IMG/VR virus record: IMGVR_UViG_3300049138_000126
Location: 1 to 24,809 of that record
Source of the DNA: a virus
Lineage: Duplodnaviria; Caudoviricetes
Reading direction: 5' to 3' (one strand)
Length of the DNA: 24,809 nt
The position numbers were made by a program, and so were the translations under genes. The notes under the pieces are model-generated. The model saw only the letters and a list, made by a program, of their open reading frames with translations. It was not told the origin of the DNA and did no database searches. Below are positions 1 to 7,091 of the stretch, in pieces. The first letter of the stretch is position 1. Each line of letters begins with the position of its first letter.

Positions 1-39
1 CTCCCGCCGGTCACCGCCCGGACGAGAGGAGAGACAGCA

Positions 40-2064
40 GTGACCATCACCTGGAAGACGTTTTGGACCGTCGGAGCCACAGTGCTGGCGTTGAGCATGG
101 CCGCGCTGGCGGTAACCGATGTGCTGTGGACGCCCCTGGCAGTGGTGATCGCCGCCGTCCTGGCAGTGGTGGTCCTCTTGCTCAGCCACGTCATCGTGGA
201 CGCGTGCGAGATGTGGCGCGAAACTGAGGACTGGCAGCGCAGACGGGTCTGGCTGTGGACCAGTGCCGCAGGTGGCGCCTACGCCGCGTGGACGATCACT
301 GCCGCGCTCCTGCCACTGACGTGGCTGCACGGTCTCATCATGGTCGCCGCCTTGGGGATCTTGTCGGTCAGCGTCTACTGGGCGGCCGTCGGCATGGAGT
401 GGCGTCTGCGGTCCGTCGCGCCTCCGCGCCGCCCCGACGCCGAGGACGATGAGGCGCTGCTCGGCCCTTACGAGAAAGTCCTCGCCGCCGCACTGCGCCG
501 CGCCAGCCTCGGCTTCGTGCGGGTCCTGCCCGGCTGTGACCCGCTGCGCAGCAACGCCGGATCGCAGTTTCGTGCGCGCACGCAGTCGAAGGCGCAGCTC
601 GCCCGCGGCGAACGCGCCGGCGCCCAGACCGAGCTGACTCCAAAGCACATGGAGGCGCTGGCGATCGCCCTCGCCGAGATCACCGGCCGTGATGTCGAAT
701 CCGGTTGGGTCCGCTACCGCAAGGAGCCGCAGGCCGGGACCTACTCCATTACCATCACCAACCGAGACGTCATGGCCGAGGTCATCCCCTACGTCGACGA
801 CCCCACGCCGACGAGCATCACCGAGCCCGCCCTAGTCGGTGTCGAGATCGACGGCCGCGAGCACCGGGAGCGCCTCGACCAGCACTCACGGGCCGTCGGC
901 GGATCGACCTCGGGCAAGTCCTCACTGTTCCAATGCGAGCTGGCGCACGCCACCCGATGCGAGGACGCGATCGTGTGGGTCGGCGGTGTCCAGAAACTCT
1001 ACGACCTGGTGGCGGGCTGGGTCGAGCCCTACCACGGGCGGGACATGCGATCGCCGCTGGACTGGATCGCGCACGGCCAGACCGACACGCTCTCCATGAT
1101 GGCCTCGGGCATGTCCGTCGCACGCTGGCGCCAACGCCAGCCCCTGCACCTGCGGAAATGGCGCACGATCCTCCTGTATCTGGATGAGTTCTCGTTCGTC
1201 GCGCAGTCCAGCCAGAAAATCTGGTTCCAAGGGGAGTGGTGGACCGCCTCCCGCCTCGCTTCGGGCTTGCTGCGAGGCGCGGCCAGCGGCAACGTCTTCG
1301 TCCACTTCGGCTCCCAGAGGTCGACCACCGACCACTACGGCGACCAAGGAGGCGACGTCGTCGCCAACATCGGCGTGAACTACGCCTTCCGGTCGAAAGA
1401 CTTCGCTGAAGTCGGCCGCCTCACCAACGACTACAAGCTTCCCGTCCCCAAGTCATCCGGCGAGTGCTACCGGTTCTCCGACGCCGACCCGATCCACCTG
1501 AAAGCCCCCTACATCCAGACCAACGACCCCAGCAAACCCCGGCTGCACAACGGCGTCACCCTCGCCGAGATCGCATGGTCCCGGCGCCACCTCATCCAAG
1601 GAGGGCTCACCGAAGCCGAAGGCCTCACCGCAGCCGGACCCGCCTACGCCGCCCGGCACCAGATCGTCAATGACCGCTTCATGACCTATCTGACCCACGG
1701 CGACGACACGGAGATGCCCGAAGACCCCGACGCACAGGGCGAGGTTTACGACTCCGTCCGCTCCCAGTTGACGGCCCTCGCCGAGCAGCACGGCCTCGAC
1801 CTCTCCCGCAACGACCCCCAACCGTCGACACCGTCGGAGCAGCGCCGCCCCGACGCGATCCTCGCACTCCTCAAACACTCCCGCGCCGAGGAGGGGTTGT
1901 CCGCAGCGCAGATCGCCGCCACGCTTAAGGACGCTGGCGACGCCACGGCCGAGCCTGGCGTCATCGCCCCGACCCTGTCGCGGATGCACAACCAAGGCAA
2001 GATCGCGCGCGTCGCGCCCGGCCGCTACACCGCACTCAGCCACCACGACCACCCGACCACCTGA
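40..2064 (+). CDS. FtsK/SpoIIIE-family membrane ATPase, TraB-like conjugative DNA translocase (plasmid/AICE type)
   Basis: 674 aa. About 4 N-terminal hydrophobic helices, Walker A GGSTSGKS, Walker B ILLYLDE, SQR motif, and a C-terminal winged-helix-like segment (GLSAAQIAATL...TLSRMHNQGKIARVAPGRY). GAGAGGAG RBS before the GTG start. Confidence 0.75.
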   Translation: MTITWKTFWTVGATVLALSMAALAVTDVLWTPLAVVIAAVLAVVVLLLSHVIVDACEMWRETEDWQRRRVWLWTSAAGGAYAAWTITAALLPLTWLHGLIMVAALGILSVSVYWAAVGMEWRLRSVAPPRRPDAEDDEALLGPYEKVLAAALRRASLGFVRVLPGCDPLRSNAGSQFRARTQSKAQLARGERAGAQTELTPKHMEALAIALAEITGRDVESGWVRYRKEPQAGTYSITITNRDVMAEVIPYVDDPTPTSITEPALVGVEIDGREHRERLDQHSRAVGGSTSGKSSLFQCELAHATRCEDAIVWVGGVQKLYDLVAGWVEPYHGRDMRSPLDWIAHGQTDTLSMMASGMSVARWRQRQPLHLRKWRTILLYLDEFSFVAQSSQKIWFQGEWWTASRLASGLLRGAASGNVFVHFGSQRSTTDHYGDQGGDVVANIGVNYAFRSKDFAEVGRLTNDYKLPVPKSSGECYRFSDADPIHLKAPYIQTNDPSKPRLHNGVTLAEIAWSRRHLIQGGLTEAEGLTAAGPAYAARHQIVNDRFMTYLTHGDDTEMPEDPDAQGEVYDSVRSQLTALAEQHGLDLSRNDPQPSTPSEQRRPDAILALLKHSRAEEGLSAAQIAATLKDAGDATAEPGVIAPTLSRMHNQGKIARVAPGRYTALSHHDHPTT

Positions 2065-2084
2065 GACTCCCCGAGAGGACCACG

Positions 2085-2396
2085 ATGTCTCGCCACACCG
2101 AACTCGCCACCCGCGCCGAAGCGCATTTGGCGACCGCCGAGACCGGCGCCGACGACCCGCAGGTGGCTGCGCTGTGCGCCCTGGCCGCGGCGCTCCTCGC
2201 CACCCGACCCGCATGCCTGAGGCGCGCCCCGATTCGCCTGGACCTCGACCAGTACCTCGCTGACATCGAGCACGACACCAGCCCAGCTACGGTCGCGGTC
2301 CGCGCCGTCGTCACCTCCATGCAGGCGGCCGCCGCGGAGCTCGACGGCCTCAACGTCGACGACGGCGGATTCCCTACGGACCTCACCATCTCCTAA
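2085..2396 (+). CDS. Hypothetical Ala-rich helical protein (103 aa)
   Basis: GAGAGGA RBS before ATG, starts 20 nt after the TraB-like stop, no recognisable motif. Confidence 0.65.
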   Translation: MSRHTELATRAEAHLATAETGADDPQVAALCALAAALLATRPACLRRAPIRLDLDQYLADIEHDTSPATVAVRAVVTSMQAAAAELDGLNVDDGGFPTDLTIS

Positions 2397-2402
2397 ACGC
2401 TC

Positions 2403-2431
2403 TTCACACGAATGCGCGCTGGCGTTATCGT
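2403..2431 (+). promoter_or_regulatory. Putative housekeeping-sigma promoter for the HTH gene
   Basis: TTCACA (2403-2408), 17-nt spacer, TATCGT (2426-2431). GGAGAGG RBS follows at 2451-2457. Confidence 0.4.
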
Positions 2432-2463
2432 GATCCCCAACAGCTACATGGAGAGGCCTGCCC

Positions 2464-2835
2464 GTGGAGCGCGACCCGTCGGAGATGACCCCGGCCGAGT
2501 TGCGCTGTCTCCGAGAGTGGATGGGGCTCACCATTCGGGCCATGTCCGCAGCGCTGGGGATCACGTACCAGACGATCACCCGCTGGGAAAACGGTTCATG
2601 GCCGATCTCCAACACGAATGCCGGGGTCTTGTCCGAACTGGTCGCTTACACCAATGCTGTCGTGGATGCGCTCGTCGAGGCCGCGCCCGCCACGATCATC
2701 GTCTACCGCGACGACAAGGCGTTCCGAGCGAACGAGGACACCGGCGGGTGGATGCTGTCGGCAGCGTGGCATCGGATGGTGGCTGTGCGCGCAGCGGAGC
2801 GGATCCCCGGCGCACGCGTCGACTACCGAGATTGA
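2464..2835 (+). CDS. XRE-like HTH protein, Aca2/YdiL (DUF1870)-like
   Basis: N-terminal HTH MTPAELRCLREWMGLTIRAMSAALGITYQTITRWENG, followed by a C-terminal VYRDD...AAWHRMVAVRAA...VDY segment. Size (~120 aa) and layout resemble DUF1870 proteins as I recall them. Confidence 0.6.
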   Translation: MERDPSEMTPAELRCLREWMGLTIRAMSAALGITYQTITRWENGSWPISNTNAGVLSELVAYTNAVVDALVEAAPATIIVYRDDKAFRANEDTGGWMLSAAWHRMVAVRAAERIPGARVDYRD

Positions 2836-2939
2836 CCCGCGGTGCGCCTCCCAGCCACGGCGGCCGCGTGCCGTTAGAGTCGGCCGTGGCCGGCCTCCCT
2901 GATCGTTGGGATCGAGCAGTGGACTCCCGGCCACAGCGA

Positions 2940-2973
2940 AAGGCCCCCGCCTCCCGAAGGAAGCGGGGGCCTT
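2940..2973. terminator. Intrinsic terminator-like hairpin
   Basis: AAGGCCCCCGC (2940-2950) pairs with GCGGGGGCCTT (2963-2973), with an inner TCC-CGAA-GGA. Lies between the HTH gene and the ligase. Confidence 0.65.
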
Positions 2974-2989
2974 CGCGCCGAACCCGTCG

Positions 2990-3004
2990 TACGCTCAGAA
3001 TGTG
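2990..3004 (+). promoter_or_regulatory. Putative -10 box for a leaderless ligase transcript
   Basis: TACGCT (2990-2995), 6 nt, then an in-frame GTG at 3002 with no RBS. This is the usual actinobacterial leaderless geometry. Confidence 0.45.
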
Positions 3005-3859
3005 GACCTACCTGCACCGATGCTGCCCACCGCGGGGCCGCTGCCGACAGGGCCGGGCTGGGCTCACGAATTCAAGTGGGACGGCATCCGGGCTATGTGC
3101 GGATCCCGCGCAGGCAGCCTGCGGATGCAGACCAGGCGCGGAAACGACGTGAGCGCGCAGTTCCCCGAAATCGGCGGCACCGCGGTCGACGCCATCCTCG
3201 ACGGCGAGATCGTGGTGTTCACGGACGAGTCCCCTGATTTCGGTGCGACCCTCCGAAGGCTCAGAGCCAAGCTCCCCAGTGCGCTGGTGGAGACGGTCCC
3301 TGCGACCATGCTGGCCTTCGACCTCCTCCACCTGGACGGGGCGGACCTGCGGGGACGGCCGTACGAGGAGCGGCGCGCAGCACTGGAAGGCCTCACACTC
3401 CCGCCCGGTTGGGTGGTCCCTCCTGCGTTCAGCGACGGGCCCGCGACCCTCGCGGCCAGCATCGAGCACGGCCTGGAGGGCGTCGTCGCCAAGCGCCTGG
3501 TCAGCCGGTATGTCAGCCGGCGCTCCCGCGATTGGATCAAGCACCGGCACCAGGGGGCCGTCGACGCCGTCGTGATCGGCTGGCGTCGGACCTCCTCCGG
3601 CGGGATCTCGATCCTCCTCGCCGAGCCGGGCCCGGGCGGTCTGGTCCACACGGGTAGGTGCACCGCGCCCCGCTCGCTCCTGGAGGTGTTGGAGCCGCTG
3701 GCCGTGACGACGCCACCGGTAGTCGTCGCCGCCGCGCCCATCGGGGTGCAGTGGGTGCGCCCGGAGCTGCGGGTCGAAGTGGTCGCGGGATCGCGGAGTC
3801 CGGGTGGGCGGCTGCGGCATCCGCGTTTCGTCCGGGCCCGGCTCGACCAGCTCGGGTAG
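3002..3859 (+). CDS. ATP-dependent DNA ligase (compact LigC/LigD-ligase-domain type)
   Basis: Motif I HEFKWDGIR, III LDGEIV, IIIa AFDLL, IV EGVVAK, V WIKHR, and an OB-fold tail WVRPELRVEV...GRLRHPRF. Start moved to GTG 3002 because the ORF-track start at 2906 runs through a hairpin. Confidence 0.88.
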   Translation: MDLPAPMLPTAGPLPTGPGWAHEFKWDGIRAMCGSRAGSLRMQTRRGNDVSAQFPEIGGTAVDAILDGEIVVFTDESPDFGATLRRLRAKLPSALVETVPATMLAFDLLHLDGADLRGRPYEERRAALEGLTLPPGWVVPPAFSDGPATLAASIEHGLEGVVAKRLVSRYVSRRSRDWIKHRHQGAVDAVVIGWRRTSSGGISILLAEPGPGGLVHTGRCTAPRSLLEVLEPLAVTTPPVVVAAAPIGVQWVRPELRVEVVAGSRSPGGRLRHPRFVRARLDQLG

Positions 3860-3875
3860 GTCTTGCACACGACGA

Positions 3876-3912
3876 AAGGGCCCGGCCGCCGCCGAAGCGG
3901 GGCCGGGCTCTT
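3876..3912. terminator. Intrinsic terminator hairpin after the ligase
   Basis: AAGGGCCCGGCC...GGCCGGGCTCTT with an inner CCGC-CGAA-GCGG. Confidence 0.65.
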
Positions 3913-3931
3913 CTGCGTCTTGCGAACTAGG

Positions 3932-3961
3932 TCATGCCAGTTCACATGATAGTTGGCATGA
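3932..3961. repeat. Inverted repeat, 11-bp arms with 8-bp spacer; candidate recombination (att) site or operator
   Basis: TCATGCCAGTT-CACATGAT-AGTTGGCATGA. Arms match at 9 of 11 positions and the site is AT-rich relative to its flanks. Confidence 0.45.
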
Positions 3962-3966
3962 GGAAA

Positions 3967-3993
3967 GGCCCCGCCCCAGAAGGGGGCGGGGCC
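3967..3993 (-). terminator. Intrinsic terminator of the phage late/lysis transcript
   Basis: Perfect 11-bp stem GGCCCCGCCCC/GGGGCGGGGCC with a 5-nt loop, followed by TTTCCT on the minus strand, 23 nt after the holin stop. Confidence 0.75.
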
Positions 3994-4016
3994 GCGTGAG
4001 AGCGCTTGCGGCGCGG

Positions 4017-4295
4017 CTAGACGCTGCCGCGCCAGTTGAGGTCCCGCAGCGCCGCAGCGAACGACTCGGCGTTCTCCGCGTTGACGGCGTCTACCCGGAT
4101 GGTCACATTCGCGTTGGAACCGCGCTGCTTCCAGGTCTTGACGGCCGACAGCAGCTGCGAGGCGGCGCCGAGCAGTGCCAGACCGGCGACGCTGTACGCC
4201 TCGACCTCGTCGGCGTTGATGAGGCCGAAGGTACCGGCCGCGGCCAGCACGGCGGTCATCACCGCGTAGATGGCGGTGCGCTGTTCGTTGGACAT
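4017..4295 (-). CDS. Putative holin (92 aa, 2 TM)
   Basis: MSNEQRTAIYAVMTAVLAAAGTFGLI...AGLALLGAASQLLSAVKTWKQR. AAGGAGAA RBS, last gene of the lysis cassette. Confidence 0.7.
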   Translation of the reverse strand: MSNEQRTAIYAVMTAVLAAAGTFGLINADEVEAYSVAGLALLGAASQLLSAVKTWKQRGSNANVTIRVDAVNAENAESFAAALRDLNWRGSV

Positions 4296-4321
4296 GGGCT
4301 TCTCCTTGTAGATTCGTACGC

Positions 4322-4615
4322 GTGTCGGAAAATGTGGTGCTGTTGATCCTCGACCACGAAGCGCCGGGCACCAGGCGTGTCTGGAGGTCCCGCGAGCTGG
4401 GCTACTTCGGCCGCTGGCGTGACTGTGTCGTCGAGGCCGGGCAGCTCGACGACGGACGCTGGTGGGTCCGGCGAATCGCCCACCCCGTGGGCGGCGAGTT
4501 CTGGGCCGAGCTGTACGACAGCGAGCGGGCCGCCCTGGATGCGGCGCGGGAGGCCATGGCTGATATCGAGCCAGCACTCATCGCGGCCGGGTGGCGGCCA
4601 TTCCGAGAGAGCTAG
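4322..4615 (+). CDS. Hypothetical Trp-rich small protein, antisense within the lysis cassette
   Basis: 97-aa ORF that exactly fills the gap between the holin and the collagen-like gene. Protein-like composition. Start uncertain (4322, 4334 or 4337). Confidence 0.6.
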   Translation: MSENVVLLILDHEAPGTRRVWRSRELGYFGRWRDCVVEAGQLDDGRWWVRRIAHPVGGEFWAELYDSERAALDAAREAMADIEPALIAAGWRPFRES

Positions 4616-5310
4616 TCCGGCCCCGTCTCGCCCTGATCGGTGAGGATGCAAGCGATGATGTCGACCGCGCCGCCAGGCGTTACGACAGTCAGGGGACCGG
4701 GAGGCGCTTCGGGCGGACAGATGGGCAGCCCGTACTCGGCGATGTACGCCTCCACCTCCGCGCGAATCTCCTCCCGGGTGGGAGGCCGTCCCGGTTCTCC
4801 CTGTGCGCCATCGGTGCCGTTCGCTCCGTCGGCACCGTCCTCGCCATCCGTCCCGGGAGGCCCGGGCGGGGGCGGGTTCTCGGCCAGGTACCCAGCGAGA
4901 GCTGCATAGATCTGGTCGTTGAGTGCGCCCGGGTTCTCGGCGAGGAGCGCAGCGAACGCCGCAGCGAGCTCGGCCGCCGACAGCTCCCCTTGGTAGGGGT
5001 GCTCGGCGAAGTGCCGCGCGACCGCGGCATCGATAGCCTCCTGGGACGGTCCGGGACCGGGAGGCCCTGCCGGTCCAGGCGGACCGGGCTGCGGCGTGTA
5101 CTCGGGGTCCTCGATGAGGTCGTCGGCAGGCGGGGCGACCGGATCCAGGCCCGCCGCCTCGGCCGCGGACTGCTCATCGCCTAGGGCCTGCGCCAGGACA
5201 TCGATCCGCTCGCCTTGGAGCCGAACACCGACGAGCGCGACCGCGACCGCGGCGAGCACGGCCACGATCGCCACCCAGTGGACGAGAGCCTGGCGTTTAA
5301 CGACGCTCAT
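4612..5310 (-). CDS. Membrane-anchored collagen-like protein of the lysis cassette
   Basis: N-terminal TM, two Gly-X-Y tracts (GPPGPAGPPG; GPPGTDGEDGADGANGTDGAQGEPG), four helical repeats, two C-terminal Cys. ATGA overlap with the upstream gene. Confidence 0.75.
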   Translation of the reverse strand: MSVVKRQALVHWVAIVAVLAAVAVALVGVRLQGERIDVLAQALGDEQSAAEAAGLDPVAPPADDLIEDPEYTPQPGPPGPAGPPGPGPSQEAIDAAVARHFAEHPYQGELSAAELAAAFAALLAENPGALNDQIYAALAGYLAENPPPPGPPGTDGEDGADGANGTDGAQGEPGRPPTREEIRAEVEAYIAEYGLPICPPEAPPGPLTVVTPGGAVDIIACILTDQGETGPD

Positions 5311-5660
5311 GGCAGGATTCCGGTCGACGACAGCACCTGCACGACGATGCCGATGATCGCGCCGAGGAGAGCGCCCTTGGTGATGCGACGGTCAGCGGCC
5401 CGGCGCTCCTCGTCTGCACGTTTCTGGTCGGCCTCGGTCTTGCGCCGCTCCGCCTCCGCTCTCCGTTCGGCTTCCATCGCGGCGACGAGCCGGTCCAGAT
5501 CCCGCTCGACCGTGGAGATCCGGTCGGTGACCCGCCCGAGCTGCACGTCATGAACCTCGCGGGAGACGAGTCCGGCCAGCAGCGGGCGGAACTCCGCCAG
5601 GTCTTCCTTAAGGTCGGCCCGGAGTTGCTTGATCTCGCGCCCGAGTGCGTCATCGGCCAC
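5307..5660 (-). CDS. Coiled-coil protein with a C-terminal TM helix (lysis accessory, holin-like)
   Basis: Charged heptad-like region then ALLGAIIGIVVQVL. Directly after the endolysin. Likely GTG start at 5660 (alternative 5681). Confidence 0.65.
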   Translation of the reverse strand: MADDALGREIKQLRADLKEDLAEFRPLLAGLVSREVHDVQLGRVTDRISTVERDLDRLVAAMEAERRAEAERRKTEADQKRADEERRAADRRITKGALLGAIIGIVVQVLSSTGILP

Positions 5661-5691
5661 GATCACCCCCTGGCTCGGCATCGCTGGTTGG

Positions 5692-6837
5692 CTACTCTCC
5701 GGGCCCGGTCAGCAGCTCGCCGATCCGGGCAACGACTTCGTCGGCCGCGAGCCGACCGGAGCCGACCTGCGCGATCAGGGCCAGGATCTCCGCGTCGCGC
5801 TGCCCCGCGGCGGTGTCCCGCTGGGCGTCCTCGGCGGCGCGCGCGTTGATGGCGTCGAGAATGGTCTTCGTGTCCGCGCCGGCGAGCTTCGCGAGTACCG
5901 CCTCCTGAAGCTGCAGGAGCTTCGCGGTGCGGTCCGATGCGGACCGGGAGTACACGTAGCCGTGCGAGAGGGCGGTCCGCACGTCGAGCGTGAGCCGGTT
6001 CCACGTGGTCTTCGTGTACTCCGTGACGGGCAGCGGGTCAGTCAGGTCCATGTCGTCCTCCACAAGGTTTCTCAGGGCATCAGCGGATGCGGTGTCGTAG
6101 GTGCCGTTGATGGTGATGCCGGCGCGGTGCTGGAGCTCGCGCACAGCCGCGGTCGTCGCTGGCCCGAAGTCGCCGTCCTCGACCAGCCCGGCGGCGATGA
6201 CGCCGTTGAGGTAGACCTGCAGGGCCAGGACGGCGGGTCCCTCGGCGCCTTCGCGCAAAACGGGCTCAGGAATGCCGGAGACCGGGAGCGTCGGAGCCGA
6301 GCCGCCCCACTTTCGCTTGGCCCACGCTTCCCATGTCTCGCCGGACCAGGCCGAGGCGATACCTTCAAGCGCAGCCCAGTCGTTCACGAAGGCTGCGAAG
6401 ATCGCGCCGTGGATGTGCCACAGGTGGCTCGAGTCGGAGGTGGCGGAGTTCCAGGGTCCGTCCTCGTCGTCCTTGCTGAGGCCGAACACGGTCTTGCCGT
6501 CGAGCGTGCCGTAGAACTCGCGCATGGCGCGTAGCCGGTTGTCCCTCCGGTCGAGCGCGGAGCGGCGCAGGTACCCCGTGCGCTTCTTCATCTCGGTGGT
6601 GGACATGGTCCAGTCGATCGCGCGGGCGAACTTCCGGTTGCCGCGGTTGAGGTCGAGCCACAAGCGAATCGAGTAGTTCGGTGCCCACTTCGCGAGGTTC
6701 TCCTCGACCGAGGAGTGGTAGTAGGGCTTGGGCGCGTAAATGCCGCCGAAGCGGACGCCCGGGGTGGCCGCGGAGGTCTCTTCCCAGACCCGCCAGGTGG
6801 GTTCTGCGATGCGGGTCGGGTTCGGGTTGCGGGCCAT
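5692..6837 (-). CDS. Endolysin: putative Zn-peptidase domain, peptidoglycan-binding domain, C-terminal helical region
   Basis: YH...AID...HLWHIH metal-ligand pattern (M15/LAS-like) and a PG_binding_1-type repeat LREGAEGPAVLALQ...DGDFGPATTAAVRELQ. Positioned after the tail genes. Confidence 0.8.
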   Translation of the reverse strand: MARNPNPTRIAEPTWRVWEETSAATPGVRFGGIYAPKPYYHSSVEENLAKWAPNYSIRLWLDLNRGNRKFARAIDWTMSTTEMKKRTGYLRRSALDRRDNRLRAMREFYGTLDGKTVFGLSKDDEDGPWNSATSDSSHLWHIHGAIFAAFVNDWAALEGIASAWSGETWEAWAKRKWGGSAPTLPVSGIPEPVLREGAEGPAVLALQVYLNGVIAAGLVEDGDFGPATTAAVRELQHRAGITINGTYDTASADALRNLVEDDMDLTDPLPVTEYTKTTWNRLTLDVRTALSHGYVYSRSASDRTAKLLQLQEAVLAKLAGADTKTILDAINARAAEDAQRDTAAGQRDAEILALIAQVGSGRLAADEVVARIGELLTGPGE

Positions 6838-7022
6838 CAGTCCAGGCCCTTCGGGTTCGGCCCGTCCTCGCGCAGCTGCTCGAACTCGGCGTCGTTGAGG
6901 ACGGTCACCTTGCCATTGGCGTCGCGGACTTCCCAGCGGTTGCCCTCGCCGTCGGGCGTGGTCTGCCGGACCTCAAGGTCCCGCTCGGCGTCGAACAGAT
7001 GCCAGTCGTGTGGGTCGGCCAT
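6837..7022 (-). CDS. Small acidic hypothetical protein (61 aa) coupled to the endolysin
   Basis: AAGGAGG RBS before ATG 7022 and a TGATG stop/start overlap with the endolysin. Confidence 0.7.
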   Translation of the reverse strand: MADPHDWHLFDAERDLEVRQTTPDGEGNRWEVRDANGKVTVLNDAEFEQLREDGPNPKGLD

Positions 7023-7091
7023 GGTGTCCTCCTTGGGTTTGGGCACGCCGAGCGGGCCGGACGGGCCGGTGAGTGAATGGGGCGCCGGGAC

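Noticed and set aside
2046-2061. Tandem 8-mer CGACCACC x2 at the 3' end of the TraB-like gene, as a possible clt/TRS repeat
   Set aside because: Only two copies inside coding sequence. Real clt loci carry more 8-mer copies, and chance occurrence is likely at this GC content.
3932-3961. Chromosomal dif site reading of the inverted repeat
   Set aside because: The spacer is 8 bp rather than 6 and there is no TTATGT-type XerD arm. Kept only as a generic recombination-site candidate.
3064-4371. 435-aa minus-strand ORF across the ligase and junction
   Set aside because: Runs through two terminators, antisense to the ligase and out of frame with the holin. Low-information composition.
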